From the NCBI RefSeq assembly GCF_018350175.1, contig NC_058369.1, positions 9,178,001 through 9,242,000 of the forward strand: 64,000 nt of DNA, in the 5' to 3' direction. Positions 20,326 to 32,000 of this stretch are shown here, in pieces (position 1 is the stretch's first letter; every line of letters begins with the position of its first letter). The stretch comes from Felis catus (taxonomy: Eukaryota). The notes below the pieces were generated by a model. It was not told the DNA's origin, searched no databases, and worked only from the letters and a program-made list of their open reading frames with translations. A program made the position numbers and the translations under genes.

Positions 20326-22180
20326 TCATCGTTAAGTCACCCGTAGGCCTTCCTGACTGAGGGAAAACTGCTTGAGGCGGGTGGAAGGCAGAGTGGAGTG
20401 AGTGCCTCCCAACCGTAGGAGTCCAAGTGGACTGCCTGGAGGAGGAAGCAAGAGAAGAGTTTGGGAGGAGGGAAGCCGGCTCATGGCCCAGCTCCTTTCC
20501 CTTGGGTGGGGTCCTATCAGCCAGGCAGGGGGCAGCAGAGATGATGGGGCGTGGGCAGGGGGTGGCAGGGGAGAGACAAGCCACGCGCTGACTGCCCTGT
20601 GGGGACCAGATACCTTTTTGGGGACCACTGGCCGCCTTGACCCTTTCCCTAATCTTGACCTTGACCTCAACCAGGCTCACTTTGGGGCTGGGCTCCGAGG
20701 TCTTGTTCTGGAGTGTGCAGGAATGTGTGTGTACATGAGTGTCCAAATGTGAGTGGGGCGAAGAGCCTGGGGTTGGGGGTGGGTCCCGATGATGGCTTAG
20801 GGATGTCTGTGTGGCTCCAGAGTCGTTTCTGCGTTTGCACCCGAATGGTGTCACCTGGGCCCACGATGGGGATAGGATGCATATGGGGGGGGGTCCTATG
20901 TGGGCACTTGGCAGGGTCAGGCAGTCATTGCGGGTGGGTGCAGGGGGTGGGCACACAGCTGTGCCTGCTGGTGAAATTCCCCTGGTAGTGAATGTCTGAC
21001 TGCTGCCTTCCATGTTCAACCTGCTGGGAGCCTGGTCTTTCCCGTCGGCTTGGTCCTTGTTTTTCTGCTCTCGAAGCACAAATCTGGGGTCCCTCGCTTT
21101 CCTCCAGCTGGACCAAGAGAGGTAGAGGAGGCACGGACACCTGTGATTTCCTCCAGCAAAGTGCTGAGGACGGGGCTCCCGTCCCCCCAAGCTGGGGTGG
21201 GGGAAAGAAGGGTGTGTGTTCATTTTCCCGTCCACAAAGCCCCAGATATGGAGGCGCAGGAGCCAGGGGGAGGGCTGTGAATGGCCACCTGGGTTCTCCC
21301 TGATCCACACGTGGTCACTGGCGTGTTGGGCTTCAGAGCCACCATTTTGCTGCAGACGGCCACGTGGCCGCGAATGTCTGCACGGGTCCCTTTGCAAGTG
21401 TCCCCGAGTCTCCAGGTGGGCATCGTTGGGTGCTGCCTGCCTGTGTCTCCGGGGGTCATCCGAAGCTCTATCTCTGTGTATTCTGGCAGCAGTGAGGTTG
21501 AGGGTGTGTGCCCACTGGGTGTCTGATGTCGTCTTTGTGTCGCGGTGCTGCGGTGGCATGGCATGTCCCTGTGCAACCCAATGTATCCTCTGGATGTGTG
21601 GCAAAGGTCGTATCCGTGCGCCTTACTCTGCGTGTCGACCTGTGTCAGCAACCGTGTCCGTGCCTGGGTCTCCAGGTGTCACCTCCCCCGTGGCATTTTG
21701 CGTGCTGGGCTCGTCCCTCTGACCACCAATGTGCATCTCACCACAAGGGCCCCTCTCCCTGGCCTCCCTTGGCTTTTTGGCAGCGTGCGAAGTGCCCACT
21801 ATGGCGGCCAGGCTAGCGGCTGGGAGCGGGCCGGCCTCTCCACGGCTTCCCATGAGGTCGGGCAGCCGTGGTGGCCCTGCTGTGGGCCCCGCCCGTGCCC
21901 CTGGCCCGGCATGGACAGAAGCCCGTTGTGTGGCGAGGTGCGGGTGTGTGTTTGGGCCGCCCACAGGCCTCCCTCTGTCTGCCGGGTGCGCATTGATCTT
22001 GGCTTCTGCCTGTGTCCGTCCTGGCCTGGCCAGCTGGGGTGTCCGGCTGTCTCTGTGGGCTGAGCCCTCCGCCCCCACTGCCCCCACAGTCAAGCCTGCC
22101 CTGAGTCCCACACCTCCTGTGCCTCCCGCTGTCCCTCAGAGGCTCTGAGAGCTCAGATTTGGAAACTGAGGGCCCCCCCT

Positions 22181-22184
22181 TCTT

Positions 22185-22215
<31 letters not shown>

Positions 22216-22275
22216 GTCTTTCCTCCCTCTCTCCTCCCCTCCTCCCGCTCCCTCTCTCCCTCTCTCTCTCCTCCT
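22181..22275 (+). repeat. Polypyrimidine (CT)n-rich tract, triplex prone
   Basis: Near-pure C/T run seen directly. Confidence 0.85.
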
Positions 22276-24674
22276 GCCAAACGCGTCTTGGCTCTGTCTG
22301 AATATCTCTCCTCCTCGATTTTTGGCTCCAGCTCTGGGCGCGTTCACTAAAAGAAGGGCTAGCTCCCCCCTTCCCTAACCCCCCCTCCTCGCTGCCTCCC
22401 CCCTCCTGAGGAGCCCCTCTGAGAGCGGGAGTGGCCGTGTGTAGGGGCCTGGGCCCCCCAAGTGGGCTGGGCCAAGGGGGCACAGGCCTGATGGGTGAGG
22501 GGGCTGGGTGGACAGGGCCTGGCAGCCTGAGGGGGGCGGCCGCCAGGGTGACCGTGCTGCCTGGCTGGCCGGGCGGGCAGGTGGGGAGGGGTCGGGGGCA
22601 TGGAGCTGGGGTGTCTGGCTTCTGGTGGGGCTGGCAGGCCTCTGTGAGGCGCAGCTGTGCCCAGAACTCTGAGCTGCGTTTGCCACCACTACCGATGTGG
22701 CTGCGCCAGCCGGGGAGGGGGAGGCGGGTGGCGGGCACTGCGGCGATCCGTAGCCAATGGGAAGGCAGGGTTGCTCTGGGGAGCTTTCCCCCTACTGGGG
22801 CCCCACCCTGAGGGGAAGCTGGGGGGTGGTGGCCAGCAGCGGGCAGGGGGCCGTGCCACCACCGCTGCTGAGGACCCTGCCCCCTTGGCCGAAAGCTCGG
22901 TGCCAGTCTTCCTGGCACGGATCGGGCAAGGGCGGGGGTCTGTCCCCACCTGAATCTGCGGGAGCCCAGCCGGAGGAAGGGGCAGCTCAGAGGCCCACCC
23001 CACCCCCTTGACCTGAGGAGGTGGCTTTCAGCCCCGGGGGCAGTCGGGACCCGGGGGTGGAGGGGGCAGATCATCCGGGAGATCCCATCGAAATATTGGC
23101 TCCCGTAAAATCGTCTCGGGCGGCTTATCCTGGGCCCATCTCACACAAAGTCGCACCCCGTCACCGGCACACGCGGGCACAAAGGATCACGCCGTCACAC
23201 ACAGGCACAGCACACCTTCCCTGAATCGGGAGCGCACAGACACCGGCGTCCCCACACAAAGGGACTTGCCTTCAGCACGCCAACGCCTAGAGACGCCCAC
23301 CACACCCGAACACGTTGGCGTGGGCGTCGCACGCAGGGACGTGCGCTTGGGCGCAGACCCGCGGCCGCGCACGGTCACACGGAGACGCGGCACACGGCGC
23401 AGACACACGCGCTGCTTGTTGGCAAACACACAGGGGTGTGGAGCGTCTCACGGACCCACAGACACTCGGCGAGAGGCACGTGCACGTGCCAGGCACCCAG
23501 AAACGCACGCGAGAGCCCTGATCCCCGCACCCCCCCCCCCCGCCCCAGACACACAGGAGCACATGCACTCAGCGTGCACGTGCACACAGTGTGTTGCACA
23601 CAGCAACACACCCTCAGACATGCCGTGACGCACACGCACACACTTGGCAACGTCTGGGAATACATTTGGTCATCGCACTCGGAGGGGCGTCTGCTGCCGG
23701 TGGGGGGAGGCCAGGGATGCCGCCCAACACCCTGCAGCGCCCAGGACGCCCCCACCACAAGCACCGATCCGCCCCCCCCCATGTCACCAGCGCCGAAATG
23801 GAGACACCCAGCCCTCGTATTGTCAGTAACACACACGTGGACACAACTCACACCCACGACACCCACGCACACACACGCACAGCCACACACACAGCCTTGC
23901 TCATCAGGACCCAGAGGTTGTCTCAGATGCAACACCCCCTGTACATAAGCCCGGGCACAAACGGTCTGGCGGTACACAGTCCCGAATTGCCCGGGTCCAT
24001 GTGGCTGAGCGTCACGCCCACACAGACATTCACACCTGGCTTACACCTGGCCCTGCTTGGAAATGGTGTCTGAGAGATGACACCTGGCCTCCTCGGACCT
24101 CCCCTCTGCCTGCCTGCCCTCTGGCTGTCTTTGAGCGGCAGATTCAACCACCCTGACCTCTCCTGGTGGAATTTGGGACTCTGAATCCCTTGGGCCGGGT
24201 TGTCGCAGCCTGGGGAAGAAGCTTGGGGAGCCATATGCCTACCCTGCCCCGGGGCACCCCCAGCCCTCCGGCCTCGCGGCCCTGCTCTGACCGTCCCGCT
24301 TCTGGAAGCCATCGAGACAGTCCAGGAGGATGGAGGCGAGGCTAATTTCTGAAACTCTTGTCCTCCGTGGGGCTGTCTCGTTACTCCTCTGGCCATGGAC
24401 TCTTCATTTCTGACTCCGCAGAAAGAGACAAGAAAGATGGCTGGCAGAATTGTGCAGGGAGAGAGCATTTTCTAGAATTCTAATGACATGTCCTAAAAGC
24501 CATAGTGATTGGCTAAAGTGTGCCGTGTGTGTGCTTATTATGTTGCGCCCTGTGCTGAGTGTCTTCCCGGCTTGTCCCCGTGGAATCCTTCCACGTGAGG
24601 CAGGGGTGGCAGGGGTTAGCTGTGCCCATGTGGGTGCTAATAAGGCAGGCATTTGGGACATTTCGTCATTATTA

Positions 24675-24870
24675 GGAGAGTGGGGACTCGGAGCCAGTTT
24701 CCTGGGTTTGAATCCCGGTTCTGCTCTTCACTAGCTGTGTGACCTTGGACGAGTCGCTCCACCTCTCTGGGCCTCTAGTTTCCTCTCACAGGTTATGGTA
24801 AGGATCAGAGGAGTTGGCTTGTAGAACGTGCTTTAACATAGTGCTTGATGCGAAATAAGTGCTTGATTTT
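24675..24870 (+). mobile_element. MIR
   Basis: ggagccagtttcctgggtttgaatcccggttctgctcttcactagctgtgtgaccttggac matches the MIR 5' region and core. Confidence 0.85.
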
Positions 24871-25279
24871 ATAGATGAGAAGCCGAGAGGCCTATCCAGC
24901 GTCAGGGTCAAGGGCTAGGAGGTGGCAGAGCCTGCGCCTCTTCTCTGGTGGCCGCCACCCTAAGTCCCACTGATGGAACAGAATCGTTCGGCAGCTGATT
25001 CTCTGGCCTTTACCAAAATTTCAGAGTGGGCCGGTACACCCCCACACTCCCATTGGAAGCTTGCCCCAGCTGTCAGCCCTTGAAGCCTCCTTACCACTCT
25101 GACCCTCAGATCTTCCTCCATTCGGGGCTCTGAGTGACAGTGGCTGGTTGCCTCACCCCCCTGCACCACCACTGGCCAGGCTCGCCTTCGGTACCCTGAC
25201 AATGGGCACGATGCCTTCTCCCACACCTCGCTGGGCACCCTGCTGGAGCCTGAGTGCTGGGGGTGCAGCTGGGGGCCTA

Positions 25280-25510
25280 TGCATTCCTTCAACAAATATT
25301 TACCAAGTACCTCTGGGTGCCAGGCCCTGTTCTAGACCCTGGGGGCTCCGCAGGGAGCAAAATCAGCAGAGGCGCCGGCCCCGGTGGGAGGGCAGACAGT
25401 GAACCTGATAAACAAGGGAGTGCCCGGTACTTGAGACAGTGACAGGTGCTAAGAGGGAAGGCACAGGTAGGGCCCACGGAAGCGCTGGGCAGCCGTGGTT
25501 TTAGCAGAGG
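25280..25510 (-). mobile_element. L2 3' end, reverse strand
   Basis: cattccttcaacaaatatttaccaagtacctctgggtgccaggccctgttctag. Confidence 0.75.
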
Positions 25511-28500
25511 TGATCTGGGAGGCCTCGCGGCACGGTGCTGACTTTCAACCCCACGCAGCTCTGCCACAGCTCAAGTGTGGCCTCCCAGGCCCTTTTCCTT
25601 CTCAGAGGGGACAGCCTGGAGGTCAAGGATATGTGGCTTAGCACGGATGCCCCCACCGTCTGCCCCAAACGCGCGGCCTGTCGTCGGTGCGGCCCGAGAT
25701 CACCCGTTCCCCGTGCTTGTGGCTACACCGTAGGCTGCCCCCCCAAGACCAGGAGACAAGATGGCCGGGGTTTCTCCTGTGTAGAAACCGGGCGTCGACG
25801 GGCACCCGGTGTTCTCGACCCTGCTGCTCTGAGCTGGGGGTGGGGCGGGGGCAGCTGGTGGCCCGGAGTGGCACTTCCACCTGGGCCCCTCGATTTAGCT
25901 CCCCCGGGGCGGGCCCAGTTTATTTTTACCCCAGCCCGTCACCTTGGCCATGCCAGGCCGCGCCATCTTTTAGGGTCTTGGGCACCTGCCCACGGCTTGA
26001 GGGGACCTGGCTTTGTCTGCCGGACCTCTGATCCCCACTGGGCCCCCGCCTTCCTCCAACCCCAAAGCTCTAGATGTGAGGGGTCCCGGGCCGGGGCCGG
26101 TAGGGTCGGCGCCGCCGGCCGGCAACCACCGTGCCCAGCCTGGTGGCGTTCAGTTTGGCGCCCTGCCTGCCCGCCACCCCCACCCCACGCCCGGGCAGAG
26201 CCCAGCGGCTGCTGCTGCCAGTCTCCATTTCAAAGCTCGGGGTGGGGGTGGGGGAGCGTTGGGCGCCTCCCGGCCCCCTGCCTGTCCCGTGCCACCTGGG
26301 GCTTGTGCCCCCACGCCTGCTGCCTGGAAAGGCCCCGGGCTGCCTTTCTCGCCGCCCCTTTGCAGCCCAGAGCTCGGCGAGGATGCCCGGCTGGCTTCCA
26401 TCATCCCTGCTCGCTTCCTCCCTTGCTCGCCTGCTTGCCTGTAATGGCTCACCATTTTTGGCATCTCCTCCCCCTCCCCCTCCCCCAGGCACCAACCTCA
26501 CTTCCACGCCCGCCATCGCTGGCTCTCAGGCCTTCTCTGCTGCCTGGGGCCGGGACCCTGGAAATGAGAGTTTGGGAGGGCCAGGCGCGTGGGCACCAGG
26601 GGCTTTCTGGGTGCGCGCGTGTGTGTGTGTGTGTGTGTGTCTGTCTGTCTGTCTGTCTGGAGGGGGACGCGTGCTCCGAGCCAGCGCGTACAACCTGCCT
26701 CAAGGCTGGTAGAGCTGGGCTGCAGAAAGGGGGCAGCACAGAAAGCGAAGACCCTCCCATTTCTAACCAGACCCAGGGACCCAGAGTCAGCCTCTGGGCC
26801 ACCAGGAGACCAGGGTGGGCCTTCTTGCCAATGTCCAGGGCCTGGACTGGCAGAGGCAAGGCTTTATCTGTGGGGTGCCCAGATCCTTCCTCCCCCACCC
26901 CCAGGTCCCCCCAGGGCTTCAAGATTCCTGCTCCTCCTCCTGGAACTTTGGGGAGGGGAACTCAGCCCCATGTTGGGCACTCATGCCCCCAGAGGGGCAA
27001 GGGACTTTGGAGGAACCGGTTTACTACCCCCGCCCCCCCCCCCAAGCTCGCTGCCCGGGCCTCTCTGCCTCTCTCGGCACTAAACAAAGTTTGCTAAGTA
27101 ACTTCAAATGTTATTTGAGGACGGCCTGGCCTCAGCCCAAGGCGGCCCTGTGGAAACTTGTTTTTCGCTGCCGAGGCTCCAAGTATCAAAGACACGCTTT
27201 CGGGGGGGGGGGTGCTTCGATGTCTCTCCCCCCTCTGTGGCAGGGGCTGGCCCTGAATGGACACACAGATGCACAGAGGCCCGCACCGACAGAGGGACGC
27301 ACCCATCATGCAGTGTCTTGCACACCACACGCACGACAGCCGTGGACCACAGCCCATATAGCACACAAAACATACACGTCCTGACACACCGAGAGGGGGG
27401 CGGGGTTCACAGGGTGCTGCCCCCAGCCCACAGGGCCTGGGAGTTTTCCAGCCGGTGAGGTTTCTCGAAACCTGAAGTCCTGTATTCTCAGGTCTCCTGG
27501 GCACGAGCTGGTGCTCAGACAAGTCCCTTCCCCTCTCTCGGCCTCAGTTTCCCCCTGCTGCAGAGGGAAGAGGTGGGCCCGGGGTGGTGTGAGAAGGGGA
27601 ATCCCACGCTGATCAGGAGAGGGCCTGGGGTTTTCTCGTCCCTCCGGCAGGGTTGATATAAGGAGCGAGTCCCTAAAATCAGGGTCTGATACGAGCCTAG
27701 AGTACCAGCAGTGTTTTTGAGTGTTAGTGGGCATTTTTGGCAGCCCCGACCACCCCCCAAAACCTGATACGTGCCCACCGCGACTGGAGGCCCCAACCTC
27801 AAGCAGCCCCGGGTTCTCCAGGTCCCAGGGAAGAAGTGTCTGGTCTTCTCACCTTCTCCCTCCATTTCGCCCCTGGTTTTTCTTGAGCTTTCCCCAAATC
27901 CCTCCTTCTCTTGGTCTCCACCAGCCCTGCCCAGGCCTGGAGCTCAGGGAAAAGTGTGGGAAACAGGCTTGGGGTCTGTGTCCCTCACTGAAGCCAGCCT
28001 GACCGGGGGGGGGGGGTCCTGCGCACCCTGAGATCCCCGATGGCCCTCCCGGGATCCTCTGAACCCAAGCAAGAAGCTGGGGGGAGGGGGGGGTGGGCAC
28101 CTGAGTTGACCACAGCGGGCAAAGGGGAGGCTTTATCGTAGGGTCCCTCTGACCCGTCACCTACCGAGGCTCACAAGCAAAGTGGAGTCCATTGGACACA
28201 ACAGAAAAGCCAAGGCCCGAGAAGACACTGGACTGACTCTCTGGGGTCCCTGAGAGCCTCCCTCTCTCACTGTCAGCCAGACCCTCACTGAGGTAGGTTT
28301 TCGGGAGTCCCCCAGTCGCAGCCCTACACACTGCCTCATCTCCACTCACAGTCGGTACCCGCAACACCCCGCCACCCGCAGTCTGTCGCGCAGTGACAGC
28401 CTGTCACAGGCACTGCCGCACACCGGCACAATCTGTCGTCCACGCACAGTCTCACACACAACCTGTCACACACACGCACACACACACAGCGGCACAGTCG

Positions 28501-28618
28501 CACGCACAGCCAGCCTCCCGCCATCACACCAAGCGTCACAGCTTGTCACAGCCATAGACTCCTCACAATAAAAATAACAGCTACCAACTCCAGAGCAATT
28601 ATGCCTGGGCAGCAGGCG

Positions 28619-28667
<49 letters not shown>

Positions 28668-28689
28668 CCAGCGCGTGGATGCACGTGAC

Positions 28690-28795
28690 CTCCTGTAACC
28701 CTCTCAACCTGAGGCGGCTATGAGTAACCTGTTTTACAGATGAGGAAACGGAGGCCACAAGGTCAAGTGCCAAGGTCATGGCGCTAGAAATGGGG
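28690..28795 (-). mobile_element. MIR fragment
   Basis: cctgttttacagatgaggaaacggaggccacaaggtcaagtgccaaggtca. Confidence 0.75.
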
Positions 28796-31049
28796 GTGGG
28801 GGAGGAATTAGTCAGGCCCCCAGGGGCAATGAAGGCTTAAACAGGTCACCCTGCCTTTCAACTCACTCCTATTCAGCCAGTACTCACCTTCCTGGCCCTC
28901 CCCGTGAGAATTCCCTTCCCATTCCCTGGATGGGCACAACTGAGGTTCTGAGCAGTCCAGCCAAGAAACAGGGGAAGGGGCCTCAAACTGTCTGCCCTCT
29001 GCTGAGGAAATTTGAGCCATGCTCTCCACCCCGAGTGCTATTTGGCTCCTTGTGGGCCCGTGGTGGCAGGATTCCGTGTGTAGGAGCCTTTGACTGGGGC
29101 CAGGGTCTCTGTCCACGGGGTGGGGGCGGGGGAGCGGGGAATTGGCAGCTGTAGGCACCAGTGAAGTCCCTCAGCCCTAGCCAGGGCCCAGAGACTCCCC
29201 AAGGCCCTCCGCATTCCAGGGCGATTCCTCCTCCCCCTCTGCTGCCCGCCTTCCCTCACTTTCCCCTTCTTTGTTCCACCCCTGCCGCTCCCCGGGGCTT
29301 CCCCCATTAGAGCTGCCCTGGCCAAAACCAACACGCCTCCAATGACTTCCCGCCGAGGCTGGCCGGGCAGCTGGCCCTGCCCCCTGGCCTGCTCAGGCTC
29401 TGCTGGCCTCAACGGTGGCCCCAGCACACGTGGCCACTCCTAGGGGGCTTGAAAGGACATGTGCACGCCCTTGCACAGCATCCCGACGGTGCGCCCTGGC
29501 ACCCGCATACCCATGGCTGACCACCCAGCAGGGCACTCAGGCGGGCTCTCGTGCGCACACCGAAGCACAGTCCTGCACAGAGGCTCAGATGGGTCTCAAG
29601 CACACCCTTGCCTGGCACTCCCCCCATGGGGATCCCAGGCAGGCCTGGCACCCCAGTGAGATTGCCAGGAGCACACATGGCCATAAACATGCCCCTTGCC
29701 CGACATCAGATGGGGTCCCCCCAACACACACACACACACACACACACCACATGCATTCTCCTGCTTGTGCCCGGACCTGGCTCCGAGCGAGCACAGGCAC
29801 TGCCCTGTGCCCCCATGGGTGTGCTGGGCCAAGGTGGGTCAGTGAGCCTAGGGGAGCTGCTGGTGCCCACACACGTGGCTCCAGGCCCACGCAGGTACTC
29901 ACCTCCCCAGGCTGCACACGCGTGTGTTTCACGTGAGCCGCACACCTGCCAGGCCGCCCAGGGCACCTGGCTCCAAAGCAGCATTCAGGTTGTTGGGGGA
30001 GGAGACCGGGAAGCGGAGGCCTGATTCCCACCGCCAGCCGCCAGCCGGATTTCTCTTAGAACACCCGCCTCCCCAAATGTCCCTGGGGCGAAGGTGAGCG
30101 CCCAGAACTGCTACCCAGTGGCACCCCTGCATGTGATATATTTATATTGGAAATTTGTACCTTTAAATATAATTTATATAGAACCTCCCCCCCCCCATTT
30201 CTGTTCCACGTTTCTACTTGGATTTTGCCACCCCCCCACTCGGCTTCGTCCCAAACCTGCAAACCCACTTCGCCAAGCAGGGGCGTGGGGCCAGGCGGCA
30301 GCAGCCTTCCCCCTTCCCACTGTGGACGCCCCACGTTCTTAAAGGCCGGGCCACACCAATGAATCCTGCCGCTCTCCCCCCGAAACACAATCGCGGGGGT
30401 GGGTGCTGGCGGCCAGACGTTGCTTTTTGGTGTGTGTTTGCTGTTGCTGCTTAAATTAATCCTGAGTGACGGCCCACAATTCCTCTCCACAAAGAGGCCA
30501 TTTAATGCCCCCTCCTCCGCCGAAACTTCCCTTTGCCCCCCTGAGTCCAGCTGGGCGACTCAGACCCTGCGCTGCCCTCCTGGCCTTCCCCTCAGGTGTG
30601 CCTGGGGCGGAGGGAGTTTCCCTGGTGCGCGCCACAGGCCCTCAGGAGCGAGGGTGGGTGGATTTTGGAGGAGTGGGAGATAATCTTAAAATAGAAGCAC
30701 ACTGCTGAGTAGAGGTGGTGGTGGGGTTGCCTCAGGACTCCGTAGATGGCCCCACTGCCCCACTGTGGCGCTTTGATGCCCCAACCAGGCCGTCTCCCAC
30801 GTCGCCCCGAAGATATCCCCCCTCCCCACCAGTGCGCCATGCATCACAATCGTGTGCCTTTGCAAACCCCGGCAGAAATGTGCCACCCGTGCCACGTACT
30901 AGCCCCAGCCTATGCCCCTTGCCAGGTGCCCGCCGCCTACGAGCTCCTTTCATTGTCGCCTCCAAGGTGTTCTTTTTCTGCGTGGCATTCCGGACCCGCT
31001 GCAATTAGCTCACGCCCCAAGGGGTAGGGGGGTGGGGGCACAGGTGGGT

Positions 31050-32000
31050 GGAGGTCATGGGGAGCACCCTCCCCCCACCGGCTCGGGCAAGAGGAGGGCA
31101 GTATTCTTTCCACCCGGCAGAACACGGGTGCTGACAGTCACGGTCACTTGCGCCACACACCACGGGGTGGGAAAGGACAACATACCCCTCGACGGGGCGA
31201 ATGGCCCCGGCCCTAGGGCACCAAGAGGGCCGTTGGCCCTGAGCGGGCCTTGCGCAAAGTCGGGTGTGCGCGTGCGCGGAGGCGAAAAGGCGGGAAGCCG
31301 TCGTGCAACAGGCGCCTGTGCACACGTCGGTTGGGTCGCTTGAGCGGAACCGCGCCGGGCGTTGAGAGAGGAGTGAGGACCACTGCCCCCCCGAGGGCAG
31401 GTGAGGGGAAACCGGGAGCAGGTGTGAAGGAGCGGAGGCACAAGGCGAGGCTTTGAACGATGCGGCCCTGAGGTCCGGAACCTTCGGTGTCCTTGCTCCC
31501 TCCCCGCCGCAGCACCAAGCCGCCCGGGCTCCCTCCCCGCCCGGGCGCGGCCTAACCCCTCGTGGCGACAACCCAAAAGTGGCCCCGCGTCGAGGGCCGG
31601 CCGGGTTCGCGTTCGGAGGCCCTTGCCATTTGCAGCGGCAAAGGCCGCCGCCAGAAGGGGCTCAAATGGCGGCGTTTTGGCCTGTGAGCTGGTTGGGTCC
31701 CCAGACGCCCCGGGTGGGGCTGTGGGCCGCCTTTGCCTAAGTTTCCCTCTTTCGTGCCCGTCCGGATACGCGACAGGGGATAATGCGCGCGAGGGCTTTG
31801 GAATGAATGCGATGTTGATAATTCCTGTTATTCTTTGGTTGCGCGGAGGACCTTGGGGGTTAAATGCCCCCAGAATCCGACGGCAACTTTGGGTCCTCAA
31901 TCTGGAGAGGGTCCCTTCTCTGCGCCGCATTGTGCGCGCAGCGCTGTCTCCGGACCCCAGGCCTCCGAAGAGCCTCCCCGCTTCTCCCCAGGCCGCTTTT
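31050..32000. promoter_or_regulatory. Intronic CpG island in NFIX intron 1
   Basis: Local CpG density is clearly above the flanks; contains a YY1-like AAATGGCGGC near 31664. Confidence 0.6.

Noticed and set aside
20261..21604. 447-aa - strand ORF
   Set aside because: Non-ATG start, ends in a MIR relic, no recognisable domain.
25535..27097. 520-aa + strand ORF
   Set aside because: GTG start, Pro/Arg/Gly/Ala-biased, runs through a (TG)n tract, no recognisable motif. Expected in GC-rich intron sequence; PhyloCSF or Ribo-seq would be needed to revive it.
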